A DNA stretch of 64,000 nucleotides from Auanema rhodensis (taxonomy: Eukaryota > Animalia > Nematoda), in the NCBI GenBank assembly GCA_964057225.1, contig CAXKVF010000091.1:85341-149340 (forward strand), written 5' to 3'. A program made the translations under genes and the position numbers. Below, in pieces: positions 41,501 to 56,100 of the stretch (position 1 is the first letter of the stretch; the number at the start of each line of letters is the position of its first letter). The notes under the pieces were generated by a model that made no database searches, was not told the DNA's origin, and was given only the letters and a program-made list of their open reading frames with translations.

Positions 41501-43297
41501 GTATGTAACTCGCTTCACGTGAAAGATAAAGAGATGCGGTTTTCAAAATTAGATTCCCCATGTCCATATTAGTCTAAAAACAAATTTTTATTGATATTGG
41601 TTCATGGTAACCATGACTTTGAAATTTACGTGAACTTTAATTTATGCTAATTAAATGTACACGTGATGTGCACTTGGTATGTAACTCGCTTCACGTGAAA
41701 GATAAAGAGATGCGGTTTTCAAAATTAGATTCTTCACGTCCATATTAGTCTAAAAACAAATTTTTATTGATATTGCTTCATGGTAACCATGACTTTGAAA
41801 TTTACGTGAACTTTAATTTATGCTAATTAAATGTACACGTGATGTGCACTTGGTATGTAACTCGCTTCACGTGAAAGATAAAGAGAAGCGGTTTTCAAAA
41901 TTAGATTCCCCATGTCCATATTAGTCTAAAAACAAATTTTTATTGATATTGCTTCATGGTAACCATGACTTTGAAATTTACGTGAACTTTAATTTATGCT
42001 AATTAAATGTACACGTGATGTGCACTTGGTATGTAACTCGCTTCACGTGGAAGATAAAGAGAAGCGGTTTTCAAAATTAGATTCCCCATGTCCATATTAG
42101 TCTAAAAACAAATTTTTATTGATATTGGTGCATGGTAACCATGACTTTGAAATTTACGTGAACTTTAATTTATGCTAATTAAATGTACACGTGATGTGCA
42201 CTTGGTATGTAACTCGCTTCACGTGAAAGATAAAGAGATGCGGTTTTCAAAATTAGATTACCCATGTCCATATTAGTCTAAAAACAAATTTTTATTGATA
42301 TTGGTTCATGGTAACCATGACTTTGAAATTTACGTGAACTTTAATTTATGCTAATTAAATGTACACGTGATGTGCACTTGGTATGTAACTCGCTTCACGT
42401 GAAAGATAAAGAGATGCGGTTTTCAAAATTAGATTCCCCATGTCCATATTAGTCTAAAAACAAATTTTTATTGATATTGGTTCATGGTAACCATGACTTT
42501 GAAATTTACGTGAACTTTAATTTATGCTAATTAAATGTACACGTGATGTGCACTTGGTATGTAACTCGCTTCACGTGAAAGATAAAGAGATGCGGTTTTC
42601 AAAATTAGATTCCCCATGTCCATATTAGTCTAAAAACAACTTTTTATTGATATTGGTGCATGGTAACCATGACTTTGAAATTTACGTGAACTTTAATTTA
42701 TGCTAATTAAATGTACACGTGATGTGCACTTGGTATGTAACTCGCTTCACGTGAAAGATAAAGAGATGCGGTTTTCAAAATTAGATTCCCCATGTCCATA
42801 TTAGTCTAAAAATAAATTTTTATTGATATTGGTTCATGGTAACCATGACTTTGAAATTTACGTGAACTTTAATTTATGCTAATTAAATGTACACGTGATG
42901 TGCACTTGGTATGTAACTCGCTTCACGTGAAAGATAAAGAGATGCGGTTTTCAAAATTAGATTCCCCATGTCCATATTAGTCTAAAAACAAATTTTTATT
43001 GATATTGGTGCATGGTAACCATGACTTTGAAATTTACGTGAACTTTAATTTATGCTAATTAAATGTACACGTGATGTGCACTTGGTATGTAACTCGCTTC
43101 ACGTGAAAGATAAAGAGATGCGGTTTTCAAAATTAGATTACCCATGTCCATATTAGTCTAAAAACAAATTTTTATTGATATTGGTTCATGGTAACCATGA
43201 CTTTGAAATTTACGTGAACTTTAATTTATGCTAATTAAATGTACACGTGATGTGCACTTGGTATGTAACTCGCTTCACGTGAAAGATAAAGAGATGC
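38546..43297 (+). repeat. HOR block D: 11-mer then 12-mer, plus partial third copy
   Basis: The A47C (ACAACTT) marker lies at 38592, 40528 and 42640 (1936 and 2112 bp apart). C19A follows in all three copies. T106C, CTTCACG and A161G follow in the same order in the first two. Confidence 0.8.
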
Positions 43298-46200
43298 GGT
43301 TTTCAAAATTAGATTCCCCATGTCCATATTAGTCTAAAAACAAATTTTTATTGATATTGGTTCATGGTAACCATGACTTTGAAATTTACGTGAACTTCAA
43401 TTTATGCTAATTAAATGTACACGTGATGTGCACTTGGTATGTAACTCGCTTCACGTGAAAGATAAAGAGATGCGGTTTTCAAAATTAGATTCTTCATGTC
43501 CATATTAGTCTAAAAACAAATTTTTATTGATATTGCTTCATGGTAACCATGACTTTGAAATTTACGTGAACTTTAATTTATGCTAATTAAATGTACACGT
43601 GATGTGCACTTGGTATGTAACTCGCTTCACGTGAAAGATAAAGAGATGCGGTTTTCAAAATTAGATTCCCCATGTCCATATTAGTCTAAAAACAAATTTT
43701 TATTGATATTGGTTCATGGTAACCATGACTTTGAAATTTACGTGAACTTTAATTTATGCTAATTAAATGTACACGTGATGTGCACTTGGTATGTAACTCG
43801 CTTCACGTGAAAGATAAAGAGATGCGGTTTTCAAAATTAGATTCCCCATGTCCATATTAGTCTAAAAACAAATTTTTATTGATATTGGTTCATGGTAACC
43901 ATGACTTTGAAATTTACGTGAACTTTAATTCATGCTAATTAAATGTACACGTGATGTGCACTTGGTATGTAACTCGCTTCACGTGAAAGATAAAGAGATG
44001 CGGTTTTCAAAATTAGATTCTTCATGTCCATATTAGTCTAAAAACAAATTTTTATTGATATTGGTGCATGGTAACCATGACTTTGAAATTTACGTGAACT
44101 TTAATTTATGCTAATTAAATGTACACGTGATGTGCACTTGGTATGTAACTCGCTTCACGTGAAAGATAAAGAGATGCGGTTTTCAAAATTAGATTCCCCA
44201 TGTCCATATTAGTCTAAAAACAAATTTTTATTGATATTGCTTCATGGTAACCATGACTTTGAAATTTACGTGAACTTTAATTTATGCTAATTAAATGTAC
44301 ACGTGATGTGCACTTGGTATGTAACTCGCTTCACGTGAAAGATAAAGAGATGCGGTTTTCAAAATTAGATTCCCCATGTCCATATTAGTCTAAAAACAAA
44401 TTTTTATTGATATTGCTTCATGGTAACCATGACTTTGAAATTTACGTGAACTTTAATTTATGCTAATTAAATGTACACGTGATGTGCACTTGGTATGTAA
44501 CTCGCTTCACGTGAAAGATAAAGAGATGCGGTTTTCAAAATTAGATTCCCCATGTCCATATTAGTCTAAAAACAAATTTTTATTGATATTGGTTCATGGT
44601 AACCATGACTTTGAAATTTACGTGAACTTTAATTTATGCTAATTAAATGTACACGTGATGTGCACTTGGTATGTAACTCGCTTCACGTGAAAGATAAAGA
44701 GATGCGGTTTTCAAAATTAGATTCTTCATGTCCATATTAGTCTAAAAACAAATTTTTATTGATATTGGTGCATGGTAACCATGACTTTGAATTTTACGTG
44801 AACTTTAATTTATGCTAATTAAATGTACACGTGATGTGCACTTGGTATGTAACTCGCTTCACGTTAAAGATAAAGAGATGCGGTTTTCAAAATTAGATTC
44901 CCCATGTCCATATTAGTCTAAAAACAAATTTTTATTGATATTGCTTCATGGTAACCATGACTTTGAAATTTACGTGAACTTTAATTTATGCTAATTAAAT
45001 GTACACGTGATGTGCACTTGGTATGTAACTCGCTTCACGTGAAAGATAAAGAGATGCGGTTTTCAAAATTAGATTCCCCATGTCCATATTAGTCTAAAAA
45101 CAAATTTTTATTGATATTGGTGCATGGTAACCATGACTTTGAAATTTACGTGAACTTTAATTTATGCTAATTGAATGTACACGTGATGTGCACTTGGTAT
45201 GTAACTCGCTTCACGTGAAAGATAAAGAGATGCGGTTTTCAAAATTAGATTCCCCATGTCCATATTAGTCTAAAAACAAATTTTTATTGATATTGCTTCA
45301 TGGTAACCATGACTTTGAAATTTACGTGAACTTTAATTTATGCTAATTAAATGTACACGTGATGTGCACTTGGTATGTAACTCGCTTCACGTGAAAGATA
45401 AAGAGATGCGGTTTTCAAAATTAGATTCCCCATGTCCATATTAGTCTAAAAACAAATTTTTATTGATATTGCTTCATGGTAACCATGACTTTGAAATTTA
45501 CGTGAACTTTAATTTATGCTAATTAAATGTACACGTGATGTGCACTTGGTATGTAACTCGCTTCACGTGAAAGATAAAGAGATGCGGTTTTCAAAATTAG
45601 ATTCCCCATGTCCATATTAGTCTAAAAACAAATTTTTATTGATATTGGTTCATGGTAACCATGACTTTGAAATTTACGTGAACTTTAATTTATGCTAATT
45701 AAATGTACACGTGATGTGCACTTGGTATGTAACTCGCTTCACGTGAAAGATAAAGAGATGCGGTTTTCAAAATTAGATTCTTCATGTCCATATTAGTCTA
45801 AAAACAAATTTTTATTGATATTGGTGCATGGTAACCATGACTTTGAATTTTACGTGAACTTTAATTTATGCTAATTAAATGTACACGTGATGTGCACTTG
45901 GTATGTAACTCGCTTCACGTTAAAGATAAAGAGATGCGGTTTTCAAAATTAGATTCCCCATGTCCATATTAGTCTAAAAACAAATTTTTATTGATATTGG
46001 TGCATGGTAACCATGACTTTGAAATTTACGTGAACTTTAATTTATGCTAATTAAATGTACACGTGATGTGCACTTGGTATGTAACTCGCTTCACGTGAAA
46101 GATAAAGAGATGCGGTTTTCAAAATTAGATTCCCCATGTCCATATTAGTCTAAAAACAAATTTTTATTGATATTGGTGCATGGTAACCATGACTTTGAAA

Positions 46201-46465
46201 TTTACGTGAACTTTAATTTATGCTAATTAAATGTACACGTGATGTGCACTTGGTATGTAACTCGCTTCACGTGAAAGATAAAGAGATGCGGTTTTCAAAA
46301 TTAGATTCCTCATGTCCATATTAGTCTAAAAACAAATTTTTATTGATATTGGTTCATGGTAACCATGACTTTGAAATTTACGTGAACTTTAATTTATGCT
46401 AATTAAATGTACACGTGATGTGCACTTGGTATGTAACTCGCTTCACGTGAAAGATAAAGAGATGC

Positions 46466-49400
46466 GGTTTTCAAAATTAGATTCCCCATGTCCATATTAG
46501 TCTAAAAACAAATTTTTATTGATATTGCTTCATGGTAACCATGACTTTGAAATTTACGTGAACTTTAATTTATGCTAATTAAATGTACACGTGATGTGCA
46601 CTTGGTATGTAACTCGCTTCACGTGAAAGATAAAGAGATGCGGTTTTCAAAATTAGATTCCCCATGTCCATATTAGTCTAAAAACAAATTTTTATTGATA
46701 TTGGTTCATGGTAACCATGACTTTGAAATTTACGTGAACTTTAATTTATGCTAATTAAATGTACACGTGATGTGCACTTGGTATGTAACTCGCTTCACGT
46801 GAAAGATAAAGAGATGCGGTTTTCAAAATTAGATTCCCCATGTCCATATTAGTCTAAAAACAAATTTTTATTGATATTGCTTCATGGTAACCATGACTTT
46901 GAAATTTACGTGAACTTTAATTTATGCTAATTAAATGTACACGTGATGTGCACTTGGTATGTAACTCGCTTCACGTGAAAGATAAAGAGATGCGGTTTTC
47001 AAAATTAGATTCCCCATGTCCATATTAGTCTAAAAACAAATTTTTATTGATATTGGTGCATGGTAACCATGACTTTGAAATTTACGTGAACTTTAATTTA
47101 TGCTAATTGAATGTACACGTGATGTGCACTTGGTATGTAACTCGCTTCACGTGAAAGATAAAGAGATGCGGTTTTCAAAATTAGATTCCCCATGTCCATA
47201 TTAGTCTAAAAACAAATTTTTATTGATATTGCTTCATGGTAACCATGACTTTGAAATTTACGTGAACTTTAATTTATGCTAATTAAATGTACACGTGATG
47301 TGCACTTGGTATGTAACTTGCTTCACGTGAAAGATAAAGAGATGCGGTTTTCAAAATTAGATTCCCCATGTCCATATTAGTCTAAAAACAAATTTTTATT
47401 GATATTGCTTCATGGTAACCATGACTTTGAAATTTACGTGAACTTTAATTTATGCTAATTAAATGTACACGTGATGTGCACTTGGTATGTAACTCGCTTC
47501 ACGTGAAAGATAAAGAGATGCGGTTTTCAAAATTAGATTCCCCATGTCCATATTAGTCTAAAAACAAATTTTTATTGATATTGGTTCATGGTAACCATGA
47601 CTTTGAAATTTACGTGAACTTTAATTTATGCTAATTAAATGTACACGTGATGTGCACTTGGTATGTAACTCGCTTCACGTGAAAGATAAAGAGATGCGGT
47701 TTTCAAAATTAGATTCTTCATGTCCATATTAGTCTAAAAACAAATTTTTATTGATATTGGTGCATGGTAACCATGACTTTGAATTTTACGTGAACTTTAA
47801 TTTATGCTAATTAAATGTACACGTGATGTGCACTTGGTATGTAACTCGCTTCACGTTAAAGATAAAGAGATGCGGTTTTCAAAATTAGATTCCCCATGTC
47901 CATATTAGTCTAAAAACAAATTTTTATTGATATTGGTGCATGGTAACCATGACTTTGAAATTTACGTGAACTTTAATTTATGCTAATTAAATGTACACGT
48001 GATGTGCACTTGGTATGTAACTCGCTTCACGTGAAAGATAAAGAGATGCGGTTTTCAAAATTAGATTCCCCATGTCCATATTAGTCTAAAAACAAATTTT
48101 TATTGATATTGGTGCATGGTAACCATGACTTTGAAATTTACGTGAACTTTAATTTATGCTAATTAAATGTACACGTGATGTGCACTTGGTACGTAACTCG
48201 CTTCACGTGAAAGATAAAGAGATGCGGTTTTCAAAATTAGATTCCCCATGTCCATATTAGTCTAAAAACAAATTTTTATTGATATTGGTTCATGGTAACC
48301 ATGACTTTGAAATTTACGTGAACTTTAATTTATGCTAATTAAATGTACACGTGATGTGCACTTGGTTTGTAACTCGCTTCACGTGAAAGATAAAGAGATA
48401 CGGTTTTCAAAATTAGATTCCCCATGTCCATATTAGTCTAAAAACAAATTTTTATTGATATTGGTGCATGGTAACCATGACTTTGAAATTTACGTGAACT
48501 TTAATTTATGCTAATTAAATGTACACGTGATGTGCACTTGGTATGTAACTCGCTTCACGTGAAAGATAAAGAGATGCGGTTTTCAAAATTAGATTCCCCA
48601 TGTCCATATTAGTCTAAAAACAAATTTTTATTGATATTGGTTCATGGTAACCATGACTTTGAAATTTACGTGAACTTTAATTTATGCTAATTAAATGTAC
48701 ACGTGATGTGCACTTGGTATGTAACTCGCTTCACGTGAAAGATAAAGAGATGCGGTTTTCAAAATTAGATTCCCCATGTCCATATTAGTCTAAAAACAAA
48801 TTTTTATTGATATTGGTGCATGGTAACCATGACTTTGAAATTTACGTGAACTTTAATTTATGCTAATTAAATGTACACGTGATGTGCACTTGGTATGTAA
48901 CTCGCTTCACGTGAAAGATAAAGAGATGCGCTTTTCAAAATTAGATTCCCCATGTCCATATTAGTCTAAAAACAAATTTTTATTGATATTGGTGCATGGT
49001 AACCATGACTTTGAATTTTACGTGAACTTTAATTTATGCTAATTAAATGTACACGTGATGTGCACTTGGTATGTAACTCGCTTCACGTGAAAGATAAAGA
49101 GATGCGGTTTTCAAAATTAGATTCCCCATGTCCATATTAGTCTAAAAACAAATTTTTATTGATATTGGTGCATGGTAACCATGACTTTGAAATTTACGTG
49201 AACTTTAATTTATGCTAATTAAATGTACACGTGATGTGCACTTGGTATGTAACTTGCTTCACGTGAAAGATAAAGAGATGCGGTTTTCAAAATTAGATCC
49301 CCCATGTCCATATTAGTCTAAAAACAAATTTTTATTGATATTGGTGCATGGTAACCATGACTTTGAAATTTACGTGAACTTTAATTTATGCTAATTAAAT

Positions 49401-52400
49401 GTACACGTGATGTGCACTTGGTATGTAACTCGCTTCACGTGAAAGATAAAGAGATGCGGTTTTCAAAATTAGATTCCCCATGTCCATATTAGTCTAAAAA
49501 CAAATTTTTATTGATATTGCTTCATGGTAACCATGACTTTGAAATTTACGTGAACTTTAATTTATGCTAATTAAATGTACACGTGATGTGCACTTGGTAT
49601 GTAACTCGCTTCACGTGAAAGATAAAGAGATGCGGTTTTCAAAATTAGATTCCCCATGTCCATATTAGTCTAAAAACAAATTTTTATTGATATTGGTTCA
49701 TGGTAACCATGACTTTGAAATTTACGTGAACTTTAATTTATGCTAATTAAATGTACACGTGATGTGCACTTGGTATGTAACTCGCTTCACGTGAAAGATA
49801 AAGAGATGCGGTTTTCAAAATTAGATTCCCCATGTCCATATTAGTCTAAAAACAAATTTTTATTGATATTGCTTCATGGTAACCATGACTTTGAAATTTA
49901 CGTGAACTTTAATTTATGCTAATTAAATGTACACGTGATGTGCACTTGGTATGTAACTCGCTTCACGTGAAAGATAAAGAGATGCGGTTTTCAAAATTAG
50001 ATTCCCCATGTCCATATTAGTCTAAAAACAAATTTTTATTGATATTGGTGCATGGTAACCATGACTTTGAAATTTACGTGAACTTTAATTTATGCTAATT
50101 GAATGTACACGTGATGTGCACTTGGTATGTAACTCGCTTCACGTGAAAGATAAAGAGATGCGGTTTTCAAAATTAGATTCCCCATGTCCATATTAGTCTA
50201 AAAACAAATTTTTATTGATATTGCTTCATGGTAACCATGACTTTGAAATTTACGTGAACTTTAATTTATGCTAATTAAATGTACACGTGATGTGCACTTG
50301 GTATGTAACTTGCTTCACGTGAAAGATAAAGAGATGCGGTTTTCAAAATTAGATTCCCCATGTCCATATTAGTCTAAAAACAAATTTTTATTGATATTGC
50401 TTCATGGTAACCATGACTTTGAAATTTACGTGAACTTTAATTTATGCTAATTAAATGTACACGTGATGTGCACTTGGTATGTAACTCGCTTCACGTGAAA
50501 GATAAAGAGATGCGGTTTTCAAAATTAGATTCCCCATGTCCATATTAGTCTAAAAACAAATTTTTATTGATATTGGTTCATGGTAACCATGACTTTGAAA
50601 TTTACGTGAACTTTAATTTATGCTAATTAAATGTACACGTGATGTGCACTTGGTATGTAACTCGCTTCACGTGAAAGATAAAGAGATGCGGTTTTCAAAA
50701 TTAGATTCTTCATGTCCATATTAGTCTAAAAACAAATTTTTATTGATATTGGTGCATGGTAACCATGACTTTGAATTTTACGTGAACTTTAATTTATGCT
50801 AATTAAATGTACACGTGATGTGCACTTGGTATGTAACTCGCTTCACGTTAAAGATAAAGAGATGCGGTTTTCAAAATTAGATTCCCCATGTCCATATTAG
50901 TCTAAAAACAAATTTTTATTGATATTGGTGCATGGTAACCATGACTTTGAAATTTACGTGAACTTTAATTTATGCTAATTAAATGTACACGTGATGTGCA
51001 CTTGGTATGTAACTCGCTTCACGTGAAAGATAAAGAGATGCGGTTTTCAAAATTAGATTCCCCATGTCCATATTAGTCTAAAAACAAATTTTTATTGATA
51101 TTGGTGCATGGTAACCATGACTTTGAAATTTACGTGAACTTTAATTTATGCTAATTAAATGTACACGTGATGTGCACTTGGTACGTAACTCGCTTCACGT
51201 GAAAGATAAAGAGATGCGGTTTTCAAAATTAGATTCCCCATGTCCATATTAGTCTAAAAACAAATTTTTATTGATATTGGTTCATGGTAACCATGACTTT
51301 GAAATTTACGTGAACTTTAATTTATGCTAATTAAATGTACACGTGATGTGCACTTGGTTTGTAACTCGCTTCACGTGAAAGATAAAGAGATACGGTTTTC
51401 AAAATTAGATTCCCCATGTCCATATTAGTCTAAAAACAAATTTTTATTGATATTGGTGCATGGTAACCATGACTTTGAAATTTACGTGAACTTTAATTTA
51501 TGCTAATTAAATGTACACGTGATGTGCACTTGGTATGTAACTCGCTTCACGTGAAAGATAAAGAGATGCGGTTTTCAAAATTAGATTCCCCATGTCCATA
51601 TTAGTCTAAAAACAAATTTTTATTGATATTGGTTCATGGTAACCATGACTTTGAAATTTACGTGAACTTTAATTTATGCTAATTAAATGTACACGTGATG
51701 TGCACTTGGTATGTAACTCGCTTCACGTGAAAGATAAAGAGATGCGGTTTTCAAAATTAGATTCCCCATGTCCATATTAGTCTAAAAACAAATTTTTATT
51801 GATATTGGTGCATGGTAACCATGACTTTGAAATTTACGTGAACTTTAATTTATGCTAATTAAATGTACACGTGATGTGCACTTGGTATGTAACTCGCTTC
51901 ACGTGAAAGATAAAGAGATGCGCTTTTCAAAATTAGATTCCCCATGTCCATATTAGTCTAAAAACAAATTTTTATTGATATTGGTGCATGGTAACCATGA
52001 CTTTGAATTTTACGTGAACTTTAATTTATGCTAATTAAATGTACACGTGATGTGCACTTGGTATGTAACTCGCTTCACGTGAAAGATAAAGAGATGCGGT
52101 TTTCAAAATTAGATTCCCCATGTCCATATTAGTCTAAAAACAAATTTTTATTGATATTGGTGCATGGTAACCATGACTTTGAAATTTACGTGAACTTTAA
52201 TTTATGCTAATTAAATGTACACGTGATGTGCACTTGGTATGTAACTTGCTTCACGTGAAAGATAAAGAGATGCGGTTTTCAAAATTAGATCCCCCATGTC
52301 CATATTAGTCTAAAAACAAATTTTTATTGATATTGGTGCATGGTAACCATGACTTTGAAATTTACGTGAACTTTAATTTATGCTAATTAAATGTACACGT

Positions 52401-52449
52401 GATGTGCACTTGGTATGTAACTCGCTTCACGTGAAAGATAAAGAGATGC
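46466..52449 (+). repeat. Apparently exact tandem duplication of 17 monomers (2992 bp x2: 46466-49457, 49458-52449)
   Basis: Markers pair at 2992 bp: G160T 47857/50849, T143C 48192/51184, A142T 48367/51359, G2C 48931/51923. The allele order at positions 63/65 is identical in both copies. Confidence 0.9.
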
Positions 52450-53153
52450 GGTTTTCAAAATTAGATTCCCCATGTCCATATTAGTCTAAAAACAAATTTT
52501 TATTGATATTGGTTCATGGTAACCATGACTTTGAAATTTACGTGAACTTTAATTTATGCTAATTAAATGTACACGTGATGTGCACTTGGTTTGTAACTCG
52601 CTTCACGTGAAAGATAAAGAGATACGGTTTTCAAAATTAGATTCCCCATGTCCATATTAGTCTAAAAACAAATTTTTATTGATATTGGTGCATGGTAACC
52701 ATGACTTTGAAATTTACGTGAACTTTAATTTATGCTAATTAAATGTACACGTGATGTGCACTTGGTATGTAACTCGCTTCACGTGAAAGATAAAGAGATG
52801 CGGTTTTCAAAATTAGATTCCCCATGTCCATATTAGTCTAAAAACAAATTTTTATTGATATTGGTTCATGGTAACCATGACTTTGAAATTTACGTGAACT
52901 TTAATTTATGCTAATTAAATGTACACGTGATGTGCACTTGGTATGTAACTCGCTTCACGTGAAAGATAAAGAGATGCGGTTTTCAAAATTAGATTCCCCA
53001 TGTCCATATTAGTCTAAAAACAAATTTTTATTGATATTGGTGCATGGTAACCATGACTTTGAAATTTACGTGAACTTTAATTTATGCTAATTAAATGTAC
53101 ACGTGATGTGCACTTGGTATGTAACTCGCTTCACGTGAAAGATAAAGAGATGC

Positions 53154-56100
53154 GGTTTTCAAAATTAGATTCCCCATGTCCATATTAGTCTAAAAACAAA
53201 TTTTTATTGATATTGGTGCATGGTAACCATGACTTTGAATTTTACGTGAACTTTAATTTATGCTAATTAAATGTACACGTGATGTGCACTTGGTATGTAA
53301 CTCGCTTCACGTGAAAGATAAAGAGATGCGGTTTTCAAAATTAGATTCCCCATGTCCATATTAGTCTAAAAACAAATTTTTATTGATATTGGTGCATGGT
53401 AACCATGACTTTGAAATTTACGTGAACTTTAATTTATGCTAATTAAATGTACACGTGATGTGCACTTGGTATGTAACTTGCTTCACGTGAAAGATAAAGA
53501 GATGCGGTTTTCAAAATTAGATCCCCCATGTCCATATTAGTCTAAAAACAAATTTTTATTGATATTGGTGCATGGTAACCATGACTTTGAAATTTACGTG
53601 AACTTTAATTTATGCTAATTAAATGTACACGTGATGTGCACTTGGTATGTAACTCGCTTCACGTGAAAGATAAAGAGATGCGGTTTTCAAAATTAGAATC
53701 CCCATGTCCATATTAGTCTAAAAACAAATTTTTATTGATATTGGTGCATGGTAACCATGACTTTGAAATTTACGTGAACTTTAATTTATGCTAATTAAAT
53801 GTACACGTGATGTACACTTGGTATGTAACTCGCTTCACGTGAAAGATAAAGAGATGCGGTTTTCAAAATTAGATTCCCCATGTCCATATTAGTCTAAAAA
53901 CAAATTTTTATTGATATTGGTGCATGGTAACCATGACTTTGAAATTTACGTGAACTTTAATTTATGCTAATCAAATGTACACGTGATGTGCACTTGGTAT
54001 GTAACTCGCTTCACGTGAAAGATAAAGAGATGCGGTTTTCAAAATTAGATTCCCCATGTCCATATTAGTCTAAAAACAAATTTTTATTGATATTGGTGCA
54101 TGGTAACCATGACTTTGAAATTTACGTGAACTTTAATTTATGCTAATTAAATGTACACGTGATGTGCACTTGGTATGTAACTCGCTTCACGTGAAAGATA
54201 AAGAGATGCGGTTTTCAAAATTAGAATCCCCATGTCCATATTAGTCTAAAAACAAATTTTTATTGATATTGGTGCATGGTAACCATGACTTTGAAATTTA
54301 CGTGAACTTTAATTTATGCTAATTAAATGTACACGTGATGTACACTTGGTATGTAACTCGCTTCACGTGAAAGATAAAGAGATGCGGTTTCCAAAATTAG
54401 ATTCCCCATGTCCATATTAGTCTAAAAACAAATTTTTATTGATATTGGTTCATGGTAACCATGACTTTGAAATTTACGTGAACTTTAATTTATGCTAATT
54501 AAATGTACACGTGATGTGCACTTGGTATGTAACTCGCTTCACGTGAAAGATAAAGAGATGCGGTTTTCAAAATTAGATTCCCCATGTCCATATTAGTCTA
54601 AAAACAAATTTTTATTGATATTGGTTCATGGTAACCATGACTTTGAAATTTACGTGAACTTTAATTTATGCTAATTAAATGTACACGTGATGTGCACTTG
54701 GTATGTAACTCGCTTCACGTGAAAGATAAAGAGATGCGGTTTTCAAAATTAGATTCCCCATGTCCATATTAGTCTAAAAACAAATTTTTATTGATATTGG
54801 TGCATGGTAACCATGACTTTGAAATTTACGTGAACTTTAATTTATGCTAATTAAATGTACACGTGATGTGCACTTGGTATGTAACTTGCTTCACGTGAAA
54901 GATAAAGAGATGCGGTTTTCAAAATTAGATCCCCCATGTCCATATTAGTCTAAAAACAAATTTTTATTGATATTGGTGCATGGTAACCATGACTTTGAAA
55001 TTTACGTGAACTTTAATTTATGCTAATTTAATGTACACGTGATGTGCACTTGGTATGTAACTCGCTTCACGTGAAAGATAAAGAGATGCGGTTTTCAAAA
55101 TTAGATTCCCCATATCCATATTAGTCTAAAAACAAATTTTTATTGATATTGGTGCATGGTAACCATGACTTTGAAATTTACGTGAACTTTAATTTATGCT
55201 AATTAAATGTACACGTGATGTACACTTGGTATGTAACTCGCTTCACGTGAAAGATAAAGAGATGCGGTTTCCAAAATTAGATTCCCCATGTCCATATTAG
55301 TCTAAAAACAAATTTTTATGGATATTGGTTCATGGTAACCATGACTTTGAAATTTACGTGAACTTTAATTTATGCTAATTAAATGTACACGTGATGTGCA
55401 CTTGGTATGTAACTCGCTTCACGTGAAAGATAAAGAGATGCGGTTTTCAAAATTAGATTCCCCATGTCCATATTAGTCTAAAAACAAATTTTTATTGATA
55501 TTGGTGCATGGTAACCATGACTTTGAAATTTACGTGAACTTTAATTTATGCTAATTAAATGTACACGTGATGTGCACTTGGTATGTAACTCGCTTCACGT
55601 GAAAGATAAAGAGATGCGGTTTTCAAAATTAGATTCCCCATGTCCATATTAGTCTAAAAACAAATTTTTATTGATATTGGTGCATGGTAACCATGACTTT
55701 GAAATTTACGTGAACTTTAATTTATGCTAATTAAATGTACACGTGATGTGCACTTGGTATGTAACTCGCTTCACGTGAAAGATAAAGAGATGCGGTTTTC
55801 AAAATTAGATTCCCCATGTCCATATTAGTCTAAAAACAAATTTTTATTGATATTGGTGCATGGTAACCATGACTTTGAATTTTACGTGAACTTTAATTTA
55901 TGCTAATTAAATGTACACGTGATGTGCACTTGGTATGTAACTCGCTTCACGTGAAAGATAAAGAGATGCGGTTTTCAAAATTAGATTCCCCATGTCCATA
56001 TTAGTCTAAAAACAAATTTTTATTGATATTGGTGCATGGTAACCATGACTTTGAAATTTACGTGAACTTTAATTTATGCTAATTAAATGTACACGTGATG

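Noticed and set aside
44865-50849. Additive period series 6+11=17, or a code written in the G/T/C alleles at 63/65
   Set aside because: The 17-mer is not a 6-mer joined to an 11-mer, since it contains only one G160T marker. The allele order is adequately explained by nested tandem duplications.
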